Assembly: GCA_963843705.1 (NCBI GenBank)
Contig: CAWJLQ010000005.1
Span: forward strand, 668,552 to 732,551
DNA from: an uncultured Actinomycetes bacterium
GTDB taxonomy: Bacteria; Actinomycetota; Thermoleophilia; Gaiellales; JAICJC01
Direction of reading: 5' to 3'
DNA: 64,000 nucleotides
The notes beneath the pieces were generated by a model. The model saw only the letters and a program-made list of their open reading frames with translations, was not told where the DNA came from and searched no databases. Within the stretch, counting starts at the first letter, position 1; each line of letters begins with the position of its first letter. The translations under genes were made by a program, and so were the position numbers. Of the stretch, positions 7,926 to 16,916 are shown piece after piece.

Positions 7926-7979
7926 CGCCCGGATGATCGGCGCCGGCGGGCCGGCGCGGATCCCCGAATTGACGGAGTT

Positions 7980-8561
7980 CTAGGACACGCTCGCGCCCGC
8001 GCGCTCCCGCTGGCGGGCGTGCGTGCCCTCGCCGAACTCCTCGACGATCTTCGCGCAGAACGCGGGCAGATCGTCCGGCTTGCGGCTGGTCACGAGGCCG
8101 CCGTCGGTCACGACCTCCTCGTCGACCCAGTCGGCGCCGGCGTTACGCAGGTCGGTCTGCAGGCTCGGCCACGAGGTCAGACGCGTGCCGCGGACGACGT
8201 CGGCCTCGACCAGCATCCACGGTCCGTGGCAGATGACGCCGACCGGCTTGCCGTGCTCGAAGAACGCCCGCACGAACCCGACCGCCTCGGGGTGGGTGCG
8301 CAGCTCGTCCGGATTGGCGACGCCGCCGGGCAGCACGAGGCCGTCGTAGTCGGACGCGTCGGCGTCGCCGACCAGCGCGTCGACGCGGAACGTGTCGCCC
8401 TTCTCGTGGTGGTTCATGCCCTGGATGCTCCCGGTCTTCACCGACAGCAGGTCGGCGCGGGCGCCGGCCTTCCGGATGGCGTCGTAGGGCTTCGTCAGCT
8501 CCACCTGCTCGACCCCGTCGGCGGCCAGGAACGCGATCCGCTTGCCGTTCAGATTCCCCAT
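7980..8561 (-). CDS. DJ-1/PfpI family protein (intracellular protease/amidase type)
   Basis: KRIAFLAADGVEQVEL...GLVLPGG...GKPVGVICHGPW contains the nucleophile-elbow Cys-His. Confidence 0.9.
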   Translation of the reverse strand: MGNLNGKRIAFLAADGVEQVELTKPYDAIRKAGARADLLSVKTGSIQGMNHHEKGDTFRVDALVGDADASDYDGLVLPGGVANPDELRTHPEAVGFVRAFFEHGKPVGVICHGPWMLVEADVVRGTRLTSWPSLQTDLRNAGADWVDEEVVTDGGLVTSRKPDDLPAFCAKIVEEFGEGTHARQRERAGASVS

Positions 8562-8618
8562 CTCATCATCCTTCCGTTGCGTATCTGGACGGCCTGGCTA
8601 CCCGCGCGCCGGGGGGGC

Positions 8619-9209
8619 CTAAACCGGGTCGGCCTGTCCGAGCGGATCCGGCAACGCGGGCGCGATCACCCACACGACCCTGGCCTCGTCCGTTGGCGAC
8701 GTGTTGCGCCAGGTGTGCGGCGTGGCCGCGCCGAAGGTGACAGCGTCGCCGCGGGCGAGCTGGAAGGTGTCGCCGTCGACCTCGAGCTCGATCGTCCCCT
8801 CGAGCACGAGGCACACCTCACACTCGCTCGGCAGCGTGTAGTGCTCGTCGCCGCCCGAGCCGCCGGGCGCCGCGAGCGTCTCGAGCACCGTCACGTGCGG
8901 CTCGTGCGCCGGCGTGATCAGGGTGTCCGTGACCGCCTGCCCGGGCAGCACCGCGGCGGCACGGTCGGCGGCCCGCACGACGCTCACGGTGGAGGCGGCG
9001 AAGAGCCGCTCGAGCGGCAGCGAGATCGCCCGGCACACCGCCACGAGCGAGGCGACCGAGGGGCTCGTCATGTCACGCTCGACCCGCGAGAGGAATCCGC
9101 GCGAGAGGCCCGTGCGCTCGGACACGTCGCCGAGGGACAGGCGGCGCCGCTCGCGCGCGTGGCGGATGCGGGCGCCGAGGGCGACGGGTGCGCCGTTCGT
9201 GTCGGCCAT
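8619..9209 (-). CDS. XRE-family HTH regulator with C-terminal cupin domain (PuuR-like)
   Basis: LGARIRHARERRRLSLGDVSERTGLSRGFLSRVERD forms the HTH. The C-terminal cupin shows HYTLPSECEVCLVLEGTIELEVDGD. Confidence 0.85.
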   Translation of the reverse strand: MADTNGAPVALGARIRHARERRRLSLGDVSERTGLSRGFLSRVERDMTSPSVASLVAVCRAISLPLERLFAASTVSVVRAADRAAAVLPGQAVTDTLITPAHEPHVTVLETLAAPGGSGGDEHYTLPSECEVCLVLEGTIELEVDGDTFQLARGDAVTFGAATPHTWRNTSPTDEARVVWVIAPALPDPLGQADPV

Positions 9210-9231
9210 TGGGCGCTGATTATCACGACCG

Positions 9232-9260
9232 TTGACTCACACGCAACTTTCGTGTATCAG
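9232..9260 (+). promoter_or_regulatory. Candidate promoter of the PotD-like gene
   Basis: TTGACT - 17 nt - TATCAG, about 25 nt upstream of GTG 9285. The small palindrome TGATtATCA lies just upstream. Confidence 0.35.
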
Positions 9261-9284
9261 TACGCAATCTTGTTCGGGGAGCGA

Positions 9285-10388
9285 GTGAACCGTCGTGAGC
9301 TGCTCGGCGCGGGCGTCGTCGCCATCGCGGCCGCCGCGTGCGGCGGGTCGACGGGCGGCGGCGCGGCCCCTTCGGCGCCCGGGTCCTCCCTGGCAAAGAA
9401 GAAGATCGAGGGCACGCTCCAGTTCTACAACTGGGCCCAGTACCACGATCCCAAGAACACGAAGGCGTTCGAGGCGCGGACGGGCGTCCACTTCGTGGAG
9501 AGCAACTACACCTCGAACGAGGAGCTCCTGACCAAGCTCCAGACGACCAAGGGGCAGAAGGTCTACGACATCATCGTCCCGGACGCCGACCACGTCCGGA
9601 TCGAGAAGGGGCTCGACCTGCTCATGCCCCTCGACCACAGCCTGATCCCGAACCTGAAGAACCTCGCGCCGCACTGGCGCAACCTGTCGTACGACCCGGG
9701 CAACAAGTACTCGGTGATGAAGGACACGGGCATCACCGGGTTCACGCAGCGCACCGACACGGTCACGGCCAACCTGCGCACGTGGAAGGACTTCTTCGAC
9801 TTCCTGCCGCACGCCAAGGGGCTCAAGGTGAACTTCATCGAGAGCCCGGCCGAGGTGATCGGCGTGGCGCTGAACGCCCTCGGCTACTCGATGAACACGC
9901 AGAGCGACAAGGAGCTGAACGCGGCCCGCGACCTCCTGCTCAAGGTGCGCCCGCACGTGACCACGATCAACGAGGTCTACCTGGACAACTTCATCAACGG
10001 CCAGATCGACCTCGGCATCACCTACTCGGGCGACGGCCTGCGCATCCGCAAGGCCCGCGCCGCCAAGAACGACATCCGCGTGGTCGCACCGGACGGGCGG
10101 TCGGAGATCTGGATCGACAACTGGGCGATCTCGGCCTACGCGCCGGATCCCGTGGCCGCGCACGCGTGGATCAACTTCATGCTCGAGCCGGCCGTGAACG
10201 CCCGCGAGATGGAGTACGTCCAGTACGAGGTCGGGACGCCCGCCTCCTACCCGCTGGTCGGCCCCGAGGCCAAGGACCCGCTGGTGGTGTTCCCGCCACG
10301 GATCCTGAACGACTACGAGATCCTCTACACGACCCCGGCCGGTCTGAACAAGCGCACCTCGATCTGGGGCGAGTTCAAGGCCGCATAG
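9285..10388 (+). CDS. Spermidine/putrescine-type ABC substrate-binding lipoprotein (PotD/PotF family), orphan
   Basis: GTG 9285 lies in frame inside ORF 6927..10388, with GGGGAG upstream. VNRRELLGAGVVAIAAAACGG is a Tat-like lipoprotein leader. PotD-like body (LQFYNWAQYHDPKNTKAFE..., IWIDNWAISAYAPDPVAAHAWINFML). No cognate permease or ATPase gene is adjacent. Confidence 0.85.
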   Translation: MNRRELLGAGVVAIAAAACGGSTGGGAAPSAPGSSLAKKKIEGTLQFYNWAQYHDPKNTKAFEARTGVHFVESNYTSNEELLTKLQTTKGQKVYDIIVPDADHVRIEKGLDLLMPLDHSLIPNLKNLAPHWRNLSYDPGNKYSVMKDTGITGFTQRTDTVTANLRTWKDFFDFLPHAKGLKVNFIESPAEVIGVALNALGYSMNTQSDKELNAARDLLLKVRPHVTTINEVYLDNFINGQIDLGITYSGDGLRIRKARAAKNDIRVVAPDGRSEIWIDNWAISAYAPDPVAAHAWINFMLEPAVNAREMEYVQYEVGTPASYPLVGPEAKDPLVVFPPRILNDYEILYTTPAGLNKRTSIWGEFKAA

Positions 10389-10484
10389 CGGGCCGGCGCT
10401 TCCAGGCCCCGGCGACGAGCGGCGGCACGAGCGCGAGCGCCGCCAGGGACGATCGGGGCGAACGCCGATGCGGGCAGGGCGCGT

Positions 10485-10859
10485 GTGCTGCAAACCTGGG
10501 GGTACGACCAGGCAGACGTCGCGGGGACGCCGGCAGCGCCGAGGCCGGGCGATCCCGCCGACCCGGGGTACCCGTTCACGCTCAAGCAGTCGCTCCTGCC
10601 GGATGCGACCCGCCGCCCGGTCGCGTATGCGCTGCTCGCTGCGACCGTCGCCGCATTCACGCTCCTCGGGCTTGCGATTCTGGGAGTGCCGGGCCTCGCC
10701 GGCGTCTGGGCGCCGCTCGCGATCGCGGCGGCCGGCGCCTCGCTCGCACTGCTCGTCGTGTTCTGGGACGTCCGTCTCCTTGCGGGCGTCGCAATCGCCC
10801 TCGCCATCATCGTCGTCGCCGTCTCTCATCCCGGCTGGACAGATCGGATCGCGAGCTGA
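10485..10859 (+). CDS. Hypothetical membrane protein
   Basis: 124-aa ORF with high GC3 and three hydrophobic segments. No family recognised. Confidence 0.45.
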   Translation: MLQTWGYDQADVAGTPAAPRPGDPADPGYPFTLKQSLLPDATRRPVAYALLAATVAAFTLLGLAILGVPGLAGVWAPLAIAAAGASLALLVVFWDVRLLAGVAIALAIIVVAVSHPGWTDRIAS

Positions 10860-11028
10860 ACGCGGCTCGCAGGATATCGCCGACATGCCGTGGGCATGAT
10901 CCGCTGGCCCGCCTGTGGGTGGCCGTCCATGCCGCCCTGATGTCCGACCGGTCGCCTGCGGTGTTCCCGTACCCCAGTTCCGTGCCGGCCCCGATTCGGC
11001 GTCTCGCACGGCGGCCTACGATCGTGCC

Positions 11029-11733
11029 ATGAGAGGCCCGCTCGAATCTCTGCGATTGACGGGACGCTCGCTGCTCGTCGCGTTCGCGCTCGGCGGAGGC
11101 CTGCTGTATCTGGTCGTGATGGTCGGGGGGGTGCTCCTGTTCGGGCCGGCCGTCCCGCGCGCCGGCTGGCTGCTCTTCGGGGTCGTTGCGGCCGTCGTGG
11201 TCACCCTGTCCTCCGGAGCCGCCGTGTTCCTCGTCCGTCAGAGCCGAAACGCCGGCGCTCGACCGCCGTCGCCACGGCAAGCCGGAGCGGGAGCGGAGCC
11301 GCGCATCCTGATCCTCGCCGACCGCGGCTGCGAGGACCCCCGCGCGTGCCGGCCGCTGGCACAGCACGTCGCCGGGAGGCACGGCGACGTCGTCGTCGTC
11401 GCGCCCGCGCTCGGATCGCCGATCCACTACCTGGCGTCCGACATCGATCGCGACGCCGCGGCCGCGGGCACGCGTCTGGCGGCGACGATCGCCACGCTCG
11501 CGTCGTACGGCGTCGAGGCGCGCGGCACGGTCGGGTCGGAGAACCCCCTGGAGGCGATCGCCGACGCCTACGCCGAGACCGCCGCCGACGAGATCGTGAT
11601 CGCCACCGCGCCCGAACGCGAGCTGAACTGGCTGGAGCGGGATGTCGTCACGCGCACGCGGCAGCTCTATGACGTCCCGGTCACCCACATCGTGCTCGAC
11701 GCACGCCCGTCGACCGCGAACGCGATCGGCTAG
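11029..11733 (+). CDS. Hypothetical membrane-anchored protein with a USP-like (nucleotide-binding alpha/beta) C-terminal region
   Basis: ATG 11029 lies inside ORF 10915..11733, with TACGAT 7 nt upstream (possibly leaderless). Two N-terminal TM segments. The C-terminus (RILILADRG...VVVVAPALGSP...EIVIATAPE) resembles universal-stress-protein folds. Confidence 0.5.
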   Translation: MRGPLESLRLTGRSLLVAFALGGGLLYLVVMVGGVLLFGPAVPRAGWLLFGVVAAVVVTLSSGAAVFLVRQSRNAGARPPSPRQAGAGAEPRILILADRGCEDPRACRPLAQHVAGRHGDVVVVAPALGSPIHYLASDIDRDAAAAGTRLAATIATLASYGVEARGTVGSENPLEAIADAYAETAADEIVIATAPERELNWLERDVVTRTRQLYDVPVTHIVLDARPSTANAIG

Positions 11734-11963
11734 TCGACCTCGTCCGGCGCGGGCAGGCGGCTCGGGTGCTCCCGCGCGTGCCGCACCAGGCCCTGCACGA
11801 ACTCGGACTGGGCGTTCAGCTCGCGGCTGACCTCCGCCGCCCGCTGCTCGCGATGGTCGCCGTGCCCCTCGGCGGCCTCGTGGCGGGACATGAAGTCGGT
11901 CGCCCCATGGCGGGTCGGCCGGCCGGCGCCGCGCCGGTCGTCCACGTGCTCTTCGCCGCTCAT
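11730..11963 (-). CDS. Small charged hypothetical protein (77 aa)
   Basis: ATG 11963 is preceded by GGGAGGGAG. High GC3. The CTAG stop/stop overlap with the convergent gene is noted. Confidence 0.4.
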   Translation of the reverse strand: MSGEEHVDDRRGAGRPTRHGATDFMSRHEAAEGHGDHREQRAAEVSRELNAQSEFVQGLVRHAREHPSRLPAPDEVD

Positions 11964-12059
11964 CGCTCCCTCCCGTCCACGCCTTCGCTCGGCGGATTCC
12001 CCGGGAACGGGAGGCCGAAACGCGTGTTTACCGTCGCGTCGCACGGGTACCGGAACCTG

Positions 12060-12563
12060 ATGCTGCACGCGACCGAACGACTCGAGGCGGGATATGCCGG
12101 CGAGGACACACCGCTGGCGGTCTATGGCGCGCTCGTCGCCGGCTTCGGAACCATCGCCGGAAGCGTGGTGCTGGCCGCCGGCCGGCGCGGGCGGCTCCCC
12201 GACCGGATCGCCCTCTACGACCTGGCGCTGGCCGGAGTCGCGACACAGCGGCTGTCGCGGCTGATCGCCAAGGACCGCGTGGGCGCCGTCCTGCGGGCGC
12301 CGTTCACGCGCTACCAGCGCCGCGGCCGCCCCGGCGAGATCGAGGAGGCGCCGCGGCGCGCGGGTGCCGGACTGGCCCTCGGCCAGCTGCTCGTGTGCCC
12401 GTTCTGCCTCGCCCAGTGGATGTCGCTGGCGATGGTGGCCGGACTGCTCTTCGCGCCCCGCGCCACCCGCACCGCCTCGGCGGTGCTGGCCGTGGGCACG
12501 GTCGCCGACGTGCTCCAGGCGGCCTATGTCCGCGTTGTGCCGGCACCGGAGAGCATGCCGTGA
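12060..12563 (+). CDS. DUF1360-like membrane protein
   Basis: ATG 12060 lies inside ORF 11766..12563. LALAGVATQRLSRLIAKDRVGAVLRAPFT...GQLLVCPFCLAQWMSLAM is the pattern typical of DUF1360. Confidence 0.65.
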   Translation: MLHATERLEAGYAGEDTPLAVYGALVAGFGTIAGSVVLAAGRRGRLPDRIALYDLALAGVATQRLSRLIAKDRVGAVLRAPFTRYQRRGRPGEIEEAPRRAGAGLALGQLLVCPFCLAQWMSLAMVAGLLFAPRATRTASAVLAVGTVADVLQAAYVRVVPAPESMP

Positions 12564-12715
12564 CCCGCCTGCGGATCGACCCGCAGCCCTCGCCGCTGCC
12601 GCCGCAGCCCGACCCGCCCCCGCCGCCGCGGCCCGGACCGCCCGAGCCGGTCCCGCTGCCGCCGCCCGAGACGCCTCCGGACCCAACCCCGGGCACTCCG
12701 GCGCCGGCGTTCTGA
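12560..12715 (+). CDS. Possible proline-rich small ORF (51 aa) translationally coupled to the DUF1360 gene
   Basis: GTGA overlap with the DUF1360 stop codon. VTRLRIDPQPSPLPPQPDPPPPPRPGPPEPVPLPPPETPPDPTPGTPAPAF has high GC3, but this is weak evidence in such GC-rich DNA. Confidence 0.25.
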   Translation: MTRLRIDPQPSPLPPQPDPPPPPRPGPPEPVPLPPPETPPDPTPGTPAPAF

Positions 12716-12746
12716 TCGGGATCGGCCCGGCGGCGTCCGCGGGGCG

Positions 12747-12998
12747 CTACGCGCCTGACGGCTTCCGGCGGCGCAGGGCGCGCACGATCCGCAGCGGCAG
12801 GAGGCCGATCAGCGGCGCCCGGCGGCCGAGATCCTCCCGGTCCTCGCGGTCGAATGCGACCGCGTAGCGGGCGGCGTCGGCGGCGCTCGGGTAGCGCTTG
12901 CGCCCTCCCTCGTGGCCGCAGCGCCCACACGACCACGTCATCACGTCCGCGGACGCCCTGAACCGGTAGCGGTGCCCGAGGATGTCGCAGCGCACCAT
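12747..12998 (-). CDS. Small zinc-ribbon-like protein (83 aa)
   Basis: MVRCDILGHRYRFRASADVMTWSCGRCGHEGGRKRY... shows C-x4-H ... C-x2-C-x-H spacing. It is the 3' part of ORF 12747..13364; the upstream part reads as shadow sequence. Confidence 0.45.
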   Translation of the reverse strand: MVRCDILGHRYRFRASADVMTWSCGRCGHEGGRKRYPSAADAARYAVAFDREDREDLGRRAPLIGLLPLRIVRALRRRKPSGA

Positions 12999-13062
12999 CC
13001 GCACCCGATACCCGCGGAGACGCGTGATTATGCGTGCGCCCCGGCTGGGTATGCGCCGCCGC

Positions 13063-14919
13063 ATGAGCGCTGACGCCCAGACGATCGAGACCGGCATTCC
13101 CGCGCGCCTCGACCGCCTGCCGTGGTCGCGGTTCCACTGGTTGGTGGTGATCGGCCTCGGCACCGTCTGGATCCTGGACGGGCTCGAGGTGACGATGGTC
13201 GGCTCGGTGGCGACGCAGCTGACCGTGAAGGGCAGCGGCATCGCGATCACCGTCGGCCAGATCGGCGTGGCCGCCGCGGCGTACGTGGCGGGCGCGTGCC
13301 TCGGCGCGCTGGTGTTCGGCCAGCTGACCGACCGGTTCGGGCGCAAGAAGCTCTTCCTGATCACGCTCGCCGTCTACATCGTGGCAACGGTCGCGACGGC
13401 GTTCGCGTTCGACGCCTGGTACTTCTACGCCGTCCGGTTCCTCACCGGTGCGGGCATCGGCGGCGAGTACGCCGCCATCAACTCGGCGATCGACGAGCTG
13501 ATCCCCGCCCGCGTGCGTGGACGCGTCGACCTGATGATCAACGGGTCGTACTGGGTCGGATCGATGGCCGGGTCTGCGGCGGCGATCCTCTTCCTGTCGA
13601 CATTCGCGACCGATCTCGGCTGGCGTCTGTGCTTCGGCGTCGGGGCCGTGCTCGGGCTGGCCATCATGCTCGTCCGCCGGAGCGTGCCTGAGAGCCCACG
13701 CTGGCTCTTCATCCACGGCCGCGAGGAGGAGGCCGAGGAGATCGTCTCGCGCATCGAGCGCGACGTCGCCCGCGAGACCGGACAGGAACTGGACGAGCCC
13801 GGCGAGACGATCGAGGTGCGCCAGCGCGAGGTGATCCCGTTCACCGAGATCGCGCGGACAGGATTCGGCCGGTACCCGCGGCGGGCGGTGCTCGGCCTGT
13901 CGCTCTTCGTCGGCCAGGCCTTCATCTACAACGGCATCACGTTCGACCTGGGGACGCTCTTCTCGACGTTCTTCAAGGTCTCGGCGTCGTTCGTCCCCGT
14001 CTTCCTGATCATCTACGCCGCCGGGAACTTCCTCGGGCCCCTGGCGCTGGGGCGCCTGTTCGACACGATCGGCCGAAAGCCCATGATCACGATCACCTAC
14101 CTGGGCTCGGCGCTCGCCGGCGCGATCATGGCATTCCTGTTCGCGCGCGGCTCGCTCACCTCCGAGTGGGAGTTCGAGGCGTTCGTCGTGGTCACGTTCT
14201 TCCTGGCGTCCGCCGGCGCGAGCGCCGCGTACCTCACGGTGAGCGAGATCTTCCCGATGGAGACGCGCGCGCTCGCAATCGCCTTCTTCTACGCCGTCGG
14301 CACGGCCACAGGCGGGATCGCGGGGCCGCTGCTCTTCGGCCACCTGATCGCGAGCGGCAGTCGCAGCCAGGTCGCGATCGCCTTCTACATCGGCTCGGCC
14401 GTGATGGCGATCGGCGGCATCGCGGAGATCTTCCTCGGCGTGCGCGCCGAGCAGCAGTCGCTCGAGGACGTCGCGACGCCGATCACCGCTGAGGACGGCG
14501 GAGGGGACGAGGCGGACGAAGGCGAGGGCGAGGGCGAGGGCGGCGCCGACCGGGAGCCCTCCGAGCAGCGCCGCGCCGCCGACCGTGAACGGTGGATCCG
14601 CGAGCGGGGGGCGCGGCGGGCCGCGTGGGAGCGCGCCGGGGCGCGCCGGTTCCGGCCGGGGCCGGGGAGCGCCCTGTACGCGCCGCGCATGGCCGGCACG
14701 GGGCCCGTCGGCGATGACCCCCAGGCGCTCGAACGCCAGATCGCGGTGATCGAGAGGACAGTCGAGCACCAGGGGCCGGTCAACCGCCGCCGCCTGGCAC
14801 GGCTCGTCAACGCCCGCTACTGGGGGCCGGGCCGGTTCCGGCTGGCGCTCCAGGAGGCGCTCCGCGAGGGACGCGTGCGGCGGCTCTCGGGCGGCGTGAT
14901 CGCACCGGCGCAGCGCTGA
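13063..14919 (+). CDS. MFS transporter with a ~150-aa cytoplasmic C-terminal extension
   Basis: ATG 13063 lies inside ORF 12982..14919. MFS signature GQLTDRFGRKK and 12 hydrophobic segments. After the last TM comes an acidic E/G stretch, then a basic alpha-helical module. Confidence 0.85.
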   Translation: MSADAQTIETGIPARLDRLPWSRFHWLVVIGLGTVWILDGLEVTMVGSVATQLTVKGSGIAITVGQIGVAAAAYVAGACLGALVFGQLTDRFGRKKLFLITLAVYIVATVATAFAFDAWYFYAVRFLTGAGIGGEYAAINSAIDELIPARVRGRVDLMINGSYWVGSMAGSAAAILFLSTFATDLGWRLCFGVGAVLGLAIMLVRRSVPESPRWLFIHGREEEAEEIVSRIERDVARETGQELDEPGETIEVRQREVIPFTEIARTGFGRYPRRAVLGLSLFVGQAFIYNGITFDLGTLFSTFFKVSASFVPVFLIIYAAGNFLGPLALGRLFDTIGRKPMITITYLGSALAGAIMAFLFARGSLTSEWEFEAFVVVTFFLASAGASAAYLTVSEIFPMETRALAIAFFYAVGTATGGIAGPLLFGHLIASGSRSQVAIAFYIGSAVMAIGGIAEIFLGVRAEQQSLEDVATPITAEDGGGDEADEGEGEGEGGADREPSEQRRAADRERWIRERGARRAAWERAGARRFRPGPGSALYAPRMAGTGPVGDDPQALERQIAVIERTVEHQGPVNRRRLARLVNARYWGPGRFRLALQEALREGRVRRLSGGVIAPAQR

Positions 14920-14938
14920 GCGCAGGCCCGCCGGCGGC

Positions 14939-16117
14939 CTACTTGAACGGCACGCTCACCGGTCCCGGCACCCGCCGGTAGACGGCGAAGAAGTCGCGGT
15001 CGTCCGGGACGAGGTAGCGCGTGTCCGACTGCTGGTAGTTCGGCACCACCCGGACGGGATCGAGCCCGTGCCGGTGCCGGTAGGTGATCAGGGTCGGCCA
15101 CTCGGGATTGATGTCGAGCTGCATCGCGCGCACCGCGCCGGCCCGCTTCAGGATCTCCGCGAGCGTCGTCACCGTCTGCCAGTCCGCGGCGGCGTAGATC
15201 AGGTTCCCGTGCCGGTCGATGCCGGCCCCCGTGCGCCAGACGCGGGTCGCGTTCCCGAGCGTGTACCCCCACTGCGAGGTGTCGTTGAGCGCGGGGTTGA
15301 GGCGGCCGTGGTCGATGATCAGCGGCAGGCTCTGGCGGGCGAAGGCGATCTGCGGGCCCGCCACCGGCCCTCCGGTCCACGTGCGCACGTCGACCCGCCC
15401 GCCGCGATAGGCGATCAGGGTGGCGAGGCCGCGCGTCAGCGGCTCGTACTGCCTGCCCCCGATCGACGACCCGTTGTTCCCGTCCCGGTAGATGAAGCCG
15501 CCGTTGAACGTCGCATACAGCCGCCAGCGCTGATCCTGGGGGATCGACATCGGCCCGCGCACCGGCGCGGTCGGCGGCTCGTAGCGTCCCGGGTACCAGG
15601 CGACCGAGGTGCGGGTGTGGTCGAACCAGGCGACGTAGGCGACGATCCGCGGGTAGGCGACCTCCGGGCGGAAGGTGGTCACGAGGACGGGCGGGCCGCC
15701 CTGCACCGTCGGCCCGGTCCCCCGCCACACGCCCTCGCCCCGCAGCGGGTGGGCGAACGGCGTCGGGATCGCCGGCGGGACCCACGCCGCCTGCCGCCGG
15801 TGCGTCTTCGGCTTGACCGAGGGCGGGTCGACGCCGACGGTCGGCAGGCTGGTGAGCTGCGGGCCGCCCGGGCTGGGCGCCTTCCAGCTGTAGTAGTAGT
15901 GCTCGACCTCGTCGACCAACCAGTTGCCGTGGTGCTGGCGCAGCCACTCGACGCTGCGCGGCCAGAGCGGCAGGCTCGACGGCTGCAGCATCGAGGTCGT
16001 GTAGGAGTAGGCCGCCGGCGACATCAGGACGAGGAACCCCACCGCCCCCAGGAGGACGACCCGTCCGCGCCGGCGCGGACGGCGTTGGACCGCGCGCAGA
16101 GACCGCTTCGAGCGCAT
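14939..16117 (-). CDS. Phosphodiester glycosidase family protein (DUF2233), membrane-anchored
   Basis: N-terminal TM anchor. ATFNGGFIY...LIIDHGRLNP...RTGAGIDRHGNLIYAAAD...AMQLDINPEW is typical of DUF2233. Confidence 0.8.
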   Translation of the reverse strand: MRSKRSLRAVQRRPRRRGRVVLLGAVGFLVLMSPAAYSYTTSMLQPSSLPLWPRSVEWLRQHHGNWLVDEVEHYYYSWKAPSPGGPQLTSLPTVGVDPPSVKPKTHRRQAAWVPPAIPTPFAHPLRGEGVWRGTGPTVQGGPPVLVTTFRPEVAYPRIVAYVAWFDHTRTSVAWYPGRYEPPTAPVRGPMSIPQDQRWRLYATFNGGFIYRDGNNGSSIGGRQYEPLTRGLATLIAYRGGRVDVRTWTGGPVAGPQIAFARQSLPLIIDHGRLNPALNDTSQWGYTLGNATRVWRTGAGIDRHGNLIYAAADWQTVTTLAEILKRAGAVRAMQLDINPEWPTLITYRHRHGLDPVRVVPNYQQSDTRYLVPDDRDFFAVYRRVPGPVSVPFK

Positions 16118-16241
16118 CGCCCGACGCTACTGGCGGCGCGTGAGAGCCGCGTGTGACGGCGCCGGCCGCCCGGGCCGCCCGCACCGCTGTCGCATACGCG
16201 CGGTTTGACCGGCCCCCGTCCGGGTATCCCCGCCGGGGACG

Positions 16242-16916
16242 TTGCTCGCCGTGCTCGCCATCGCCACCCATGACACCGCCGGGCAATTCGCCTGGCTGTG
16301 GCACATCTACCTCGCGCTGCTCGGCGCCGTCGGCGCGCTCGTCGCCGCCGCGATCCTGTTCGCCGCCCTGCGCTTCCGCCGGCGCCCGGGGCGCGTCCCG
16401 CGCGACCTGCGCACTGCGCCGAAGACCGAGGGCGCGTACCTGTTCCTGATCGTGCTCGTCGTCGTCGGCCTCCTGGCCGCCACGTACCGCACGGAGGACA
16501 ACGTCGACGCCGTCTCGACGCATCCGTACACGACCGTGCGCGTGACCGCGTCCCAGTGGAACTGGACGTTCACCTATCCCGGCCAGGCGGTCGTGACGAC
16601 CGGGCGCAACATCGGCTCCCGGCATCCGCACTTCGCCGAGCTCGTCGTCCCGGCGGGGCGGCCCGTCAACTTCACCCTGCGCTCGGCCGACGTGCTGCAC
16701 AGCTTCTTCATCCCGGCGATGCGCTTCAAACGCTACGCGTTCCCCGACTACACGAACCGGTTCACGATCCTGTTCCCGCACCCCGGGCGGATGCTCGGCG
16801 AGTGCGCCCAGCTGTGCGGGTGGGATCACGCCGAGATGCGGTTCACGGTCGTCGTCCTGCCGCCGGCGCGCTACCAGGCGTGGCTCGCCGGCCACGGGAC
16901 GGGGGCGTCCGCATGA
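16242..16916 (+). CDS. ctaC: Haem-copper oxidase subunit II (CuA domain)
   Basis: Two TM helices, then SQWNWTF...DVLHSFFIP...GECAQLCGWDHAEM (CuA H...C-x3-C-x3-H-x2-M, with Q where E is usual). TTG start as given in the ORF track; the start is uncertain. Confidence 0.85.
   Translation: MLAVLAIATHDTAGQFAWLWHIYLALLGAVGALVAAAILFAALRFRRRPGRVPRDLRTAPKTEGAYLFLIVLVVVGLLAATYRTEDNVDAVSTHPYTTVRVTASQWNWTFTYPGQAVVTTGRNIGSRHPHFAELVVPAGRPVNFTLRSADVLHSFFIPAMRFKRYAFPDYTNRFTILFPHPGRMLGECAQLCGWDHAEMRFTVVVLPPARYQAWLAGHGTGASA

Noticed and set aside
12560-12715. The antisense reading of the proline-rich region gives a Gly/Ser/Cys-rich peptide (GVGSGGVSGGGSGTGSGGPGRGGGGGSGCGGSGEGCGS), reminiscent of a microcin/RiPP precursor.
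   Set aside because: It has no plausible start codon or ribosome-binding site. The frame runs on antisense through the DUF1360 gene, and there are no maturation or export genes nearby.
16195-16241. TTGACC ... TATCCC upstream of ctaC as the oxidase operon promoter.
   Set aside because: The spacer is only about 14 nt, and the adjacent TCCCCG-C-CGGGGA palindrome is too tight to call. It is left unannotated.
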